From the NCBI GenBank assembly GCA_044892525.1, contig CM097886.1, positions 5,084,001 to 5,148,000 of the forward strand: a DNA stretch of 64,000 nt. The letters run 5' to 3'. The notes below the pieces were generated by a model, which saw only the letters and a program-made list of their open reading frames with translations, made no database searches and was not told the origin of the DNA. The position numbers and the translations under genes were made by a program. Position 1 is the first letter of the stretch. Each line of letters begins with the position of its first letter. Below, piece after piece: positions 50,678-63,593 of this stretch. Origin of the DNA: Schmidtea polychroa (lineage: Eukaryota).

Positions 50678-50820
50678 ATTTAAGCCTTTCATTGCGAATA
50701 ATGTATTTTGTGAAAAATTTTAAATCTTTTTTCATTAAATACATTATTCACCGCAAAAGGCTTAAATTATCACTTTATTGTTTTAAATAATAATGCTGCT
50801 ACCAAGAAATCATCACTTTA
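50678..50820. repeat. Family A copy A4 (centre deleted)
   Basis: atttaagcctt...aaggcttaaat plus the tail atgctgctaccaagaaatcatcacttta, followed by a short (ATT)n. Confidence 0.8.
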
Positions 50821-53800
50821 TATTATTATTATTATTATTTTAAACTTTATAATAATAATTATTATTAATAATCATTAATAATAATATACATAATAATAAT
50901 TAAATCAAATTAATATAAAAATGAGTTTAATATTGGTATTGATGAAGACTGACAGACTTTGGGTTATGTCTAACATTCGACTGTTTCTGGGTTATTATGA
51001 ATGTAAAGGTTACTGTTTGGATTTGTACACAAAACAACTGTCATAATCTTTAGTCTATTCAATGACAACAGTTTCAATGAGATTCACTATTTTAAATAAT
51101 TAAAATATCTTTGAAACACAAAAATATTTTTTTATAGAGTTTGATTTATATTTTTTCTGCTTCAGATTTTGATTGCGGTAAATAATTTTTTTCGGATTTT
51201 ACATATATATTATGTTGAATGATAAAATGTCAACATATTTGACTGCCTATCATTCATAGGAAAGTCTTATAACTTTTCAATTCTCAAAATCCGTGTAATA
51301 TAATGCATATGAAAGAAGGAAATTGTTAGAAACCTAATTCCAATGAATTCTTTCAATGAAGTAAATAGAAACAACTGAGTGAATTACGATGAACAATTTA
51401 AATTAGAAATTGTAAATATAATTTTTCAAAATATTTTATTACCATTTTAATTTGTTTTAATCATCGTGTTTAATTGTAACAAATAAAGCAGAAACCAGAT
51501 TCTAACCATGATAACCAATTACATCACTAAATGATTGGAAATTTGTTTTATTGAAGCGTGTTTGCAGTCAGTTAAAAAATTATTAAAATTTTGTTTTATC
51601 GACTTCTCCTACAATTTGTTAGTAGAGATGGATTTAATTACTTCAATATGCTTTGACTACCTTTTGACAGACATATATCTTGACATAAGCTGTAAGATAT
51701 TAAAGTAACATAGATGTACATTCTGAATATTTCAGGATAATATTAAGTCACAAAATGTTATACCAACAATGAAACTAAACCATAAAAGTTAGAATTTAAA
51801 AAAGAATAATGCAATATTGAATCTTTTTTATTACAGAAAATAATACAAAAACAAAAATAAATTGAGTAAAATTAATTATTACATGTTGATCTGTATAATT
51901 GTGAAATTATTATTATAAATAATTAAATTCTTTATAACTGACTTTATTTCTGAAAACTTATAACTAATTTGGATGCAAATAAAAAACCTTAATTAAAATT
52001 TACATTTTTTTAAACAAAAAAGAATTTCGAAATAAGTAAAAATTAATAAATTATATAAAAATATTTAAAAGTATCCCCTACAGCATTGACTCTTAAACTG
52101 AACTTGAATAATATTTAAACTGTTAGTTTGAACTTTATGTTCATTAAAACGAAATATAAATTTTCCCCCAATTTCAAAATCTTTAAGAAATTTAATGAAA
52201 TCGAAAAAAATATCAAAAATTATCAAAAAATACCGATATAATAATTACCAGTCTATTTATATATATATATAAATATTAAAATATGTCATTCCGATGAATA
52301 TGTAATTGCTGTAATTACTTTCGGCATTTTTCTTTTTTTTACCGATTTAATTAACATAATCTTGAGTAAATACTTTGACTAAAATCTTCCCAGAAAAATC
52401 AAACGGGAGAACTTAACGGAAAAAAAACATTAGAAATTTTCCTGAGGCTGTGCTCGACTTTGAAGCCTAACGGTAGACTAAAATAGAATTCATTATTAGT
52501 TAGTAATTATTTGATCCTTGCTGAATTATCAAATATGTTGGTTATTGTAAAATTTATGCAATTTGAAAGTTTCTTATTACTATTTATTAAACACCTGATA
52601 CGTCCTAAAAATACACAATCTCTTTACCATTTACCGTTCTTACTTCTAGCAAAGTCCTTTGTCAATGAAAAAAATTGAATATTAATTATAATAATATCAA
52701 TAAATAATAGTNNNNNNNNNNNNNNNNNNNNNNNNNNNNNNNNNNNNNNNNNNNNNNNNNNNNNNNNNNNNNNNNNNNNNNNNNNNNNNNNNNNNNNNNN
52801 NNNNNNNNNNNNNNNNNNNNNNNNNNNNNNNNNNNNNNNNNNNNNNNNNNNNNNNNNNNNNNNNNNNNNNNNNNNNNNGGTAGTAGCATAAATCAAATGG
52901 TAAACAGTAAAGGTTAATATTAATAATCCTTAGTGGCAAAATATGTACTAAATGAGAATATTTTCGTTTTATATTTTCATTTTATTGTTATATATCTATG
53001 AAATTATAAAATAAGAAATAGTTCAAAAATATATTTCAAAAAATAAGTATTATTGAAACAATTTAAAAATATGTTAATTTTAAATTCTTCACAATAAAAA
53101 TTTTAAATTATAATATATGAATTAGATATTAATTTAATCCATATAACATTTATATTTTCAATTTCTTAAAGAAAAAGATAGTTTTCTCATTTAATACATA
53201 TTTTGTAGCAAAGGCTTATTTTATCATTTACCTTTTAACAAATAACATTAAAATAATAAAAATAATAATATTAGAGATATTAATGAAATTAATTTTTTTT
53301 ATTTTATCTGAAATCGTTTTAGCTAATTCATTTATAAATTAAATTAGAGACTGCAGATAATATCTGTGTTAGCTGATAACAGCAAAAAATATTTCCCAGG
53401 TTCATATAAATTATTATTAAAATAATTTCCACATTGACTGTTGAAAGTGAATAACCAAATCCATATAATTTGATAAACAATTTCTCAAAAAAGTAACGTA
53501 AACAAATTAATCGACATTAAATAAATATTGCTCAAGTAAATTATTTTCAAATAATGAAAATTACCTTGTCAATCCTAACTATTTACATTCATCATAAATT
53601 ACATTTTAAAATTATTAATTCATCCAAATGTTCATTTCTGATACAATGTTAGCATTTATTAAAAGTTGGAATAATTAAATTAAATAATTTCCGATCAATT
53701 TTGTTTCTATTTTTATTTTTATTTTTATTATCATGTGAAATGTTTAGATCAACAAAAAAAGAGGAACAAAAACAAATGACAAAATTAGAAAGTTTTTGAA

Positions 53801-54360
53801 AATTTTTTTAAAATTAAAACAAAATAAATAAAGATAACTTTTTAATGTGATATTATCGGTATTTGAATAGACATATGTTGAAATATATTGCGCATTTTAT
53901 CTCATGGAAACCAGTTCAGTTCAACTAAACAAAAATATCGTTTTTTTTGTTAAAAGAAAATTTCAAAAAATATTAAATTGATCTCAAATGGCAGATAGCT
54001 ATTCAAATTATCTAAATTATCTCTCTTCACTGAATTATAATGGTTAGGAAAGATTATATTTTCTGGTTAACATGAATGATAACATAGAATGACGTGAACA
54101 AGCTTTGTTTTGACAGATAAGAAAATTAAGTCTACATTTATAAATTATGCATTTATACTCCGTTTTCCNNNNNNNNNNNNNNNNNNNNNNNNNNNNNNNN
54201 NNNNNNNNNNNNNNNNNNNNNNNNNNNNNNNNNNNNNNNNNNNNNNNNNNNNNNNNNNNNNNNNNNNNNNNNNNNNNNNNNNNNNNNNNNNNNNNNNNNN
54301 NNNNNNNNNNNNNNNNNNNNNNNNNNNNNNNNNNNNNNNNNNNNNNNNNNNNNTTGTTTT

Positions 54361-54399
54361 CACGATATATTTCGACATTTTTCTTGTCATCATCAGGTC
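54361..54399 (-). ncRNA. Hammerhead family H copy
   Basis: Minus strand gac-CTGATGA-t-GACA-agaaaaa-TGTC-GAAA-tatatc-gtg. Confidence 0.72.
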
Positions 54400-54790
54400 G
54401 GATATAATAACTATATAAATTAAGGATTTCTAAATTAATTAATTATTCATTATATAACAAAATCTTTTTAATTTCATTCTATTAAAAATTATAATTAAAA
54501 TAACACATTATCTTTTAAATTTTAACATTTAGAATTTAATTTTATAGTTTATTAATTATTTAATTTAACAATAAAATCAATAAATACAATATACAAAAAA
54601 TTATTTAAAAACATTTAAAACACAAGTATTCACTGCATTCTGCACATTAATTTTCGGATTCAATGACTTATTCAATAACGAGTCACAAATTACATGTTCC
54701 CAATAATTATCAAAATTTCTTATATAATTAATAATTAATACAATTAATAATTTTGTTTAAAAATCCTTAATTTATATAGTTATTATATCC

Positions 54791-54829
54791 TACCTGATGA
54801 TGACAGGAAAACTGTCGAAATACATCGTG
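54791..54829 (+). ncRNA. Hammerhead family H copy
   Basis: tac-CTGATGA-t-GACAG-gaaaa-CTGTC-GAAA-tacatc-gtg. Confidence 0.75.
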
Positions 54830-55030
54830 AAAAGAATGTTTTGGCGCTTTCTTACTATTAAATNNNNNNNNNNNNNNNNNNNNNNNNNNNNNNNNNNNNN
54901 NNNNNNNNNNNNNNNNNNNNNNNNNNNNNNNNNNNNNNNNNNNNNNNNNNNNNNNNNNNNNNNNNNNNNNNNNNNNNNNNNNNNNNNNNNNNNNNNNNNN
55001 NNNNNNNNNNNNNNTTTATTATTTACAAAA

Positions 55031-55168
55031 ATAAAGTGATAATTTAAGCCTTTTGCTGCGAATAATGTATTTAATGAAAAGATTTTCAACAATAAGATAG
55101 AAGTACTATCTTATTGTCGAAAAGTTTTTCATTAAATATATTATTCGCAGTAATAGGCTTAAACTATC
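55031..55168. repeat. Family A copy A5
   Basis: Arms centred on acaataagatag-aagta-ctatcttattgt; gaps on both sides. Confidence 0.82.
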
Positions 55169-57443
55169 NNNNNNNNNNNNNNNNNNNNNNNNNNNNNNNN
55201 NNNNNNNNNNNNNNNNNNNNNNNNNNNNNNNNNNNNNNNNNNNNNNNNNNNNNNNNNNNNNNNNNNNNNNNNNNNNNNNNNNNNNNNNNNNNNNNNNNNN
55301 NNNNNNNNNNNNNNNNNNNNNNNNNNNNNNNNNNNNNNNNNNNNNNNNNNNNNNNNNNNNNNNNNNNNNNNNNNNNNNNNNNNNNNNNNNNNNNNNNNNN
55401 NNNNNNNNNNNNNNNNNNNNATCTATTATTAACATAATCATGCTTATTATTTATATTTCACTGAATCTTTTCTTAAACTCGATTTATAAAAACAAAACAT
55501 CTGAATAATTACTCAAATTATCCTTTGGCTAATTATCTTATATTCTATAAAACTTTTCAAATCATGAATTACAAAATGTTTTTTTTTGAAATCACTTGAA
55601 TCCTTTGATGCGCATTAATTCACTTTGTAATTCAGTTGAGTAGATTTTCAAGTGAATTTTAATTTTTTTTAATTTTTAAACTAAAAATCCTTTTTGTTTT
55701 AATGAGACGAATTAATTTTAATAATCATTATTAGCAACAGAAATTATTTACCACTAATAATAAATTATGAGATGACATATAGTCAATTTCTGTCCAAGAA
55801 AAGATCATGTCAAAATTTACCAGTGGTATAGTTTCAATTGTTTTAGTTTCAATTAGATTTCCTTAATTTGACAAGTGAAGCGAATATTGTAATACGAGTT
55901 TGCTAGAGAGTCAATTATCCCTCTGTATGTCATTGCGAGACAATTGGGATATCTCTGTTTATTTAGTTGATTGTTATAAAAATTTGTAGTTATAAAACAT
56001 CAAATAAGAAGATACGGTTCTTTAATGTTTGGCTTTTAGTATTCCTAAGAGATTGATACTTTTTTTGGGATTTCCAGCATTCGAAACGGTTCTCAGAATA
56101 CTTTTCTCATTTCAACATCACTCGTAAATATTTGATTTAAAACACACAGGTTTAAAGTTTATTAAATTTTAATGATGAATGTTGATCTTATTTGAATATG
56201 TTATTAATGAAAACATCTTGGGAACATGATCATTACAACATTAAAATTCAGAAGGTATATTGTAAAATTGTCAAGAAAAATCTTAAGAGAGGTTTTATTT
56301 CTTGAATATTTAGAAGGATTTACATTGAAACAATCCAATACGTGGATACTCTTGTAACATTGATGAGATGCTCTTGGCAAGAACCTTTATAGTAAATAAA
56401 AATATTTACATACAAACATACATTTTAACCAGAAACACAATATTAATTACAAAACTGTAAATATTTATGTAATATTTTATTACAGTATGAAAATTATTAA
56501 TTAATCGTATATAAGATGTATTTTAAAAAACAAATATAAATTAAAACAACAAAATCAAATAAAAAAATATAGATAAAAAAATCTAAAGACAAGTTTGAAA
56601 AACGAAAATGTACTAAAAGATCCAAAACATTTATAATGAATCCAAACCAAGAAGCCATCCCTATTTATCCCTTTACCCGGAATACCTCAATTTATTAATG
56701 TACATCCTCTATTACAAAATTACGAAACACGTTTGATCAACTCTTAATGTGAAAGTCGCACGCATATGTTTAATTTTAATTACTATTTCAAACAGCTCAT
56801 CTAAAATTGTTGCATCTTAATAATTTAGTATTTAATAATTATTTCCTAATGAATATATATTGATCATAGAATATACAATTGCAAAAATACAATCGTTCAA
56901 GAAGAATAACCTTTAAAGAATTCTTCCGAAGAAAAGCGTTAAAATAATAAAGATGAAAAGTCAGCTTCTATTTATTTCTCAACTAAAATAGGTGAAATTT
57001 ATTTTTAAAAATGAGTTTTCAACTTTTAAAATAAATATTTATTTATAATAAATTCAATAATTTACCTTTAATAGTAAATGCTTTTAATTAGTAAATATGA
57101 AATTAAAACAAAAAATCTGCTTGACCTCTAATAATTCTATCGTTACTTGTAATGTTTTATAGAAAATGGCATTAAAATATACTGATAAAAACAGACAGCT
57201 GTTATTTGTGAAACAATTTTTTATGGTTTTTTAATTTTATTAGACATTTACACTTTTTATTAATGTACATAAAATATAAGTGAAATGGGAATATTGGTTG
57301 ATATTTGCTGAAATTCTGTTTGTTTCATTTATTTTAATTTCGACACGACTAATTAAATAATATATCAAATATACAGTGGAACCCACATAAGAAGGTTTAA
57401 CATGAATTTCTTCATTGTTGAAACTAAAATGACATAATTTTTG

Positions 57444-57446
<3 letters not shown>

Positions 57447-57481
<35 letters not shown>
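57447..57481. repeat. (TA)n microsatellite
   Basis: Read directly from the sequence. Confidence 0.97.
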
Positions 57482-57482
<1 letters not shown>

Positions 57483-57639
57483 TTATGGTTAATTTAAACA
57501 AAAATTTTAAAATTTAAACAAATCAGCAAAACAACAAACAAAAAACTGAGCTGTTGGTTTTAGAAGTGACTTTCTTCTCAAAACTTAGTAAGATCATTTG
57601 AGTTAATTAGTGAACGTAGGTGGAATAACATTACTTTTA

Positions 57640-57834
57640 CACTAGATTTATCAGGCCAGTCAAAATGACTGGTTTTACAAATTTTTTTGAAAGTCCCTAA
57701 GTAAATTTTTTTCTGCGACAATGACTTTTGTAGTGATAATACAATAAATATCATTAAAAATGTTTTTGATTACCATTGGTACTTATACCTATACCAGTCA
57801 AAATGACAAATGCATTTTGACGGTAAATCTATTG
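57640..57834. mobile_element. piggyBac-like MITE (195 bp)
   Basis: TIRs cactagatttatc / ggtaaatctattg (11/13), flanks TTTA and TTAA, and subterminal CCAGTCAAAATGAC motifs at both ends. Confidence 0.6.
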
Positions 57835-59118
57835 TTAATTGTTAATGGTAGCAATTTTTGTAAGAAGAAAAAGTCGTGTTATGTTTTAACCTCCGTGAAT
57901 ACATATAATTTGTTGGTTGTATCTTTTACTTAACCTTTTTGTTCCAACATTTTCAAAATGCACAAAGCAAAATTTGTAAATCTGTATTAGATAATATTGA
58001 TGAAAATATGAAATTTCTCTGATGCTAAAATGCACAAAAAGACACTGGAATAAGACCGTAACATTGGAATTACATTGATATTATCTCATTATTATCCCAG
58101 TATTATAACGAAATCATCTGAAAGTATTGCCTCAATAAGCGCTAATGAGTTAATAAAAATTGTTTATGCCAAAATTTATTAAAAATAATTGTCTGAACTG
58201 ATCGAAAAACTCTTTATTGTTACAAATTACTACAATATTTTGGTCAAATCCATAAAACAATACCTATAATATTGTTATTTAAATCACGTCTTATTAACAT
58301 CTGGTACAGATAGCTATTGATGTGTATACCACATCAATTCAACGCAAGGGTAAAATTTATAATGAGAACATTAAACACCTTTTAAGGCAATGAGATAATA
58401 CTATTAAAAGGAGAAGTAAGGAAGTTGATTAAAAAAGAATTGTTTCAAAAAAAGGAGTAGGTCATAAATTGTGCCATACCGAATAATAACTTAGCAATAT
58501 GATTTGCCTGCAAAATAGAATGATCTTACATGAATCTTTCGTTCAAATATAGAAATCATTATTTATATTATGCTACTTAGAAAGTGACGAACCGGTAGAA
58601 AATTAAGTAAAGAAAAAATAAGTAAAAGAAATGTTCACTTCTTTATATGGTACATGTATGTCTCATTCGTAGTTTAAGAGTTAAATTCATTTGAAATATT
58701 TCTAAAACATATTAAAATACGATTCTTTTGAATTATAATATGTACGTTGGTATTGGATTACCACCCTCGAATCCCTAGTGCTTTCATTTGACATACCTTT
58801 TATCACTGTCAAAGCACAGAAATTTGAAATAACTCTATTGGTTAATATTAAATTATATAAAAAACAGCATTCTTAGTTTTTTTGGCATAGATTAATATAA
58901 CATTTCAATAAAATTAAAATTAATTTATTTAGTAGAAATTTTCTAATTGTAATAAAGCATGAAAGCATGAAAACTTCTTTTCTGTTCCTTTCAGACAAAT
59001 TACCTCAAAACATTTTACTACAAATTATTTAACAAACAAATATTCTTAACAATTTCAATTTATAATATATTCAATAAATATTTAAAATTTATTGGAAAGC
59101 GCCTTCAAACCAACCTTT

Positions 59119-59152
59119 TACGATATATTTCGACTGTCTCACTGTCATCATA
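59119..59152 (-). ncRNA. Degenerate hammerhead family H copy
   Basis: Minus strand atgat-GACAG-tgaga-CAGTC-GAAA-tatatc-gta; the CUGAUGA core is damaged. Confidence 0.45.
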
Positions 59153-59254
59153 AAATTTAAGTAAAAGAGATATATCATTTAAATGAAACGATATCGTGTG
59201 ATTTGAAAAAATTTTTAAAAATTTTAAATAACTTTAAAAAATAAATTATAAGAT

Positions 59255-59587
59255 ATCGCTAATCAAACATTCTTTTCACGATATATTTCGACAGTTTTCC
59301 TGTCATCATCAGGTGGTATATAATAACTATATAAATTAAGGATTTTTAACAAATTTATTAATTATATAAAAATAATTTTTTATTTAATAAAAACATTTAA
59401 TTATTTTTAAAAATTATAAATTAAATTAATATATTATTTTTAAAATTTTAGCATTCAGATTTGATTTAATAATTTAAAAAAAATATTTTTTTTATTAATT
59501 ATTTAATTTAACACAACAATCAATGCATCAATATAAAAAAATTATTTAAAAACATTTAAAATACAAGTATTCACTGCATTCTGCACA
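59255..59587 (-). repeat. Repeat unit of about 330 bp carrying hammerhead family H
   Basis: Collinear with 54355-54647 up to the shared boundary acaagtattcactgcattctgcaca; partial copy at 62400-62560. Confidence 0.8.
59277..59315 (-). ncRNA. Hammerhead family H copy (best preserved)
   Basis: Minus strand cac-CTGATGA-t-GACAG-gaaaa-CTGTC-GAAA-tatatc-gtg: 3-bp stem I, 5-bp stem II and palindromic ATATAT stem III. Confidence 0.8.
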
Positions 59588-60573
59588 GTTTTATTATCTC
59601 GATTTTCTTTAAAATTCAAATTATATTTTCAATTTTTAAATTATAATACTCACACCTCACACGGTGAATTACCAGTTGATCGAAGAGCGAATTAAACAAA
59701 AGGAGGAAGGGTAAAGTAGACTCTACATAAAAGTTACAGTCAATGAAACAGTGAAAATTATATAGATAAATATAGGCAGTTTCAGTTTGAGATCTTTAAC
59801 CTGAAATTATCAATAAAAAGTACGAAAAGTGTAGTTAACTATATTGTAAAGATTTGATTGAGTTTCAATAAATTATTCTGTGTTCGGTCTTATTCGATCA
59901 ACTTAAATAAATAACACAATATAACAATTAAATCATTGATATTTTTATTTCATTGTTTATTTTTAAAATTATTTATATTAATCATGATATTATAAACCAA
60001 AGGTTGATAAAAAAATTATATCTCCCATTATTGATTGTATCTTAGTTTTTCTTTGTTTTCATGCATCACTTTAAATGTTCTTTAAACGATTGTTTAAAAT
60101 AAGTTCATATTTAAAATGTTTAATAATTGAGGATGTTAAAATTAATTTTTATTTATATATATTTTTATAAATGTTAACATGAATGATGATAATATTCATA
60201 TAGGACATTGAATTTTCTACAAATTCTAAGATGGCATCAATTCACAAATGAAATTTGCAGTGTTTGTGAAGGTGCTGTCACAGTTAGAACTTTTCATTAT
60301 AATCATTTAAAAAACAACTTAAGTATAATGAAACGAATAATGAGATATTATATTAATTTTTTCTTATCATTCATAAAGTATCATAACCTTGAAAGCTACT
60401 GATTTTATTTTATATCTTTAATTATTATTGTTGTTAATATGGATTTTTATAAAGGATTTATTATAGAAAATATTTATTATTTTCAACCGACGCATTAGTA
60501 CAGAAATAATGACTCACATAAGACGTAGGAGAAAATCATAATTTTAAACAAGGAAATAACCATTTATTTGTTA

Positions 60574-60687
60574 TTATAAGAACTTTTTTTCAAATTTCAC
60601 CACTGATTTCATTTCAATTGACATTGTATTTATTTAAAAGCTTGTCTTTGAATCAGTAATTATATCGATGTTTTCGATATTATTTGT
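60574..60687. repeat. Family B copy B5 (reverse orientation, collapsed)
   Basis: tataagaacttttttt...caccactgattt...gaatcagtaattatatcgatgttttcgatat. Confidence 0.7.
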
Positions 60688-62420
60688 TAGTATAGAGTTG
60701 ATTTATAAATTATAGGTTTAAAGTGGTAAGTCAAAATTTTTCTGCTTCATATTCGTGAATTTCTTTGAAAGGTTCGTTTGGAATAATGATAAAATCTTTT
60801 GAGATCCAATCTTTTCGAAGAAACTGTTGCAAACCCATTTTTTTATCAAAAAAAACAATTATAACCTGAAAAAAATGCATAAAAAAATGCTAATTTTGTA
60901 AATTTTATGTTTCATGTAGTTTCCATTATTGTAATTGACAAGACAAACTTATTCTCAAAAATAGATTTAAAAGTAAAAATTCGGTTCTTTCAATATCTCT
61001 AATACCAAAGGATGCTAATGGAACATTTTCTTGAAATCTGTCAAAATCTATCCATTCTATCCATTCATTTTACTACACTGATTTTTTTCATTTTGCAAAG
61101 AATCTTATGATATGCTTGCCAATATTTACATATTTATGTGTTTTCTACACTTAGTGAATTTGAATAAAAAATAATTTATTTAAAAAAAATATTATTTATT
61201 TGTCAAGAAATAATTAAATATTAATATTTGTAGTATTATTGGAAATATGATAGTTTTCAATTAATTCTTCGAAATTCATTTGTATTTTTTTGGGAAAATA
61301 TTATATTACCAATCAAAATACATATTAACATCCCTCTAAATATATTCAAGGATTTACAGAAATATTTTCTTCCTAAATATAAATTAATGAATTAAAATAA
61401 ATTAAAAGTTAATTAAATAAAATGATTTGAAACCTTTAATGTGTTCGTTATTTAATTACTAAAACTCAGCAATGTTGAAACTTTGTATAAAATACGAATT
61501 CGATAAAACAATTGATATAACAAATAATTTAAAAATAAATTTTTCAAAATGGTTATTTTTAAATATTTTACAATTTTTTTTTATTTATTTCGTATTAGTT
61601 GTTGTGTTTACTTTAATTAAATTGCCAATGGAAAATTCACACCTAATTCTTTCGGTCAAGAATATCGTAAAAATACCGGAAAAAAGGCAAATATACATAA
61701 TAATAAAAATATTTAGTTTCATTTTGTTGAATGTACTTTTCTGTAATAGGGAAAATTTCCGAACAAATTACAGGAAGAAAGTTAAAGAAACATGAAGCAT
61801 AAATAGAGAATAGTCCCACAGTTTTAGAGGAGATAGACGCCACTGACAGCCATCATATTATATAGAATATGATAAAGTTAAGTACAAGCATTTGAAAGTT
61901 TTATCTGATATTAATAAAATAAAACAAGCAGAAAATCACCCTATCAAAGGGTAGGATCAATTATTATTGAAATGCACTATTAGCCCCCATATATTCTGAC
62001 ATTAATCAATTTGATCTAGATGTAGAAATTAATTGAATTTCATCAAAATTTCAACCCAATTTATCAGCAGGATGATTTCCTTCTGATACCAAAACATGTA
62101 AAAACTTATAAATTGGTTTTTCAAAACAAAAATATTTTTTTTTGGTTTCTGCTGTGATATTTTATAAATCTATTTTTAACGGAATATTTTAAATAAGCAA
62201 TTAAAGCGCAATCCTATCAATTATCAATTCAGAGCATTATTTTTAATTTAACACTAAATTTCGGCACTGCTTTATTTTGTGAGATTGCTAAAATTCCTTG
62301 GCCGAAATGAAAATAAGAAAATAGAAAAAAAAACAGCAGTATTTATAAGTAATTAAGAGAATTCTTAAATATTAATAATATAATAAAAATCATAAGATAA
62401 CGCCAATCAAACATTTTTTT

Positions 62421-62459
62421 CACGATTAATTTTGACAGTTTTCCTGTCATCATCAGGTG
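62421..62459 (-). ncRNA. Hammerhead family H copy, probably inactive (G12 changed to A)
   Basis: Minus strand cac-CTGATGA-t-GACAG-gaaaa-CTGTC-AAAA-ttaatc-gtg. Confidence 0.6.
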
Positions 62460-62959
62460 GGATATAATACTCATTAAATAAAGGATTTTAAACAAATTTA
62501 ATTATATATAAAAACTTTTTATTTTATAAAAATATTATTTTTTAAAAACTTTAACATTTAAAATAATAAAAATCCCCAAAAAATAAATTACTAAATTAAA
62601 TGTCAATATTTACTGTATTGGCATCAATTTCTGTGTGTTTATTTCATCTGCAAATTTCATGCTATTGACACGGAAAATAACATTAATGAACTAAATTCAT
62701 TTCGGAATTTCAGAAACACAAGCATTTTTAATTTAATTTATGTTGTCACTAAATTTATCTAAAGAATGTANNNNNNNNNNNNNNNNNNNNNNNNNNNNNN
62801 NNNNNNNNNNNNNNNNNNNNNNNNNNNNNNNNNNNNNNNNNNNNNNNNNNNNNNNNNNNNNNNNNNNNNNNNNNNNNNNNNNNNNNNNNNNNNNNNNNNN
62901 NNNNNNNNNNNNNNNNNNNNNNNNNNNNNNNNNNNNNNNNNNNNNNNNNNNNNNNNNNN

Positions 62960-63593
62960 CAAATACCCAGAAAAGGAATTTCTTTATTAACGACTTTGAA
63001 AACATAATCCAACACAACTGTTATCATTTCAAGAACATCACTAGTTACATTTATCACCGGAGACAAATCAGGTTTCATATACACGTGCCTTTCTTTATTT
63101 CGTAATCTTTCTTTCATTAAATCCAAAGTGTATCTTTCAGATTCATGAGCAATTCTTTGCACATCAATAGGGACAAACATAGCTCCATTACTTTTAGTTT
63201 TGTCCAATTGTTCATACTTCATATCACATAAATAATCTTCATTTTGTTTTCAATCGAAATATTACTTTGATCTTTACTTTGTAAATTTGTAGACTTATCT
63301 TTCATTTAGATATTAGTCAGTGGAATGTTAATTGAATACTTGCATAACAGCTCTGATTCTTTAAGATTTTCGAAATCTTGGATTATACTAGAAAATGTAC
63401 AAGAGTTTTTCATTTTGAAATTGTCAGATTTGGGGAGATCAAATGAACGAAATTTGTCATTGATCATATTTTGAATGTCTACTTTATATTTGTAAGAATA
63501 TACATCATCATCATGTATCAATTCATTTCCAATGACACGAGAATTTACGTCAGACCTTCTTTCAAATGCATCAGTTATTGAGAATAGAGCCAT
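62960..63593 (-). pseudogene. Unidentified disrupted reading frame (about 210 codons)
   Basis: Track ORFs 63306-63593 and the segment from 63222 join through one TAA and a 1-nt shift in an A-run near 63245, then run into a gap. No motif recognised. Confidence 0.4.

Noticed and set aside
5772-63105. Many track ORFs containing long X runs
   Set aside because: They are artefacts of reading through N gaps, which contain no stop codons.
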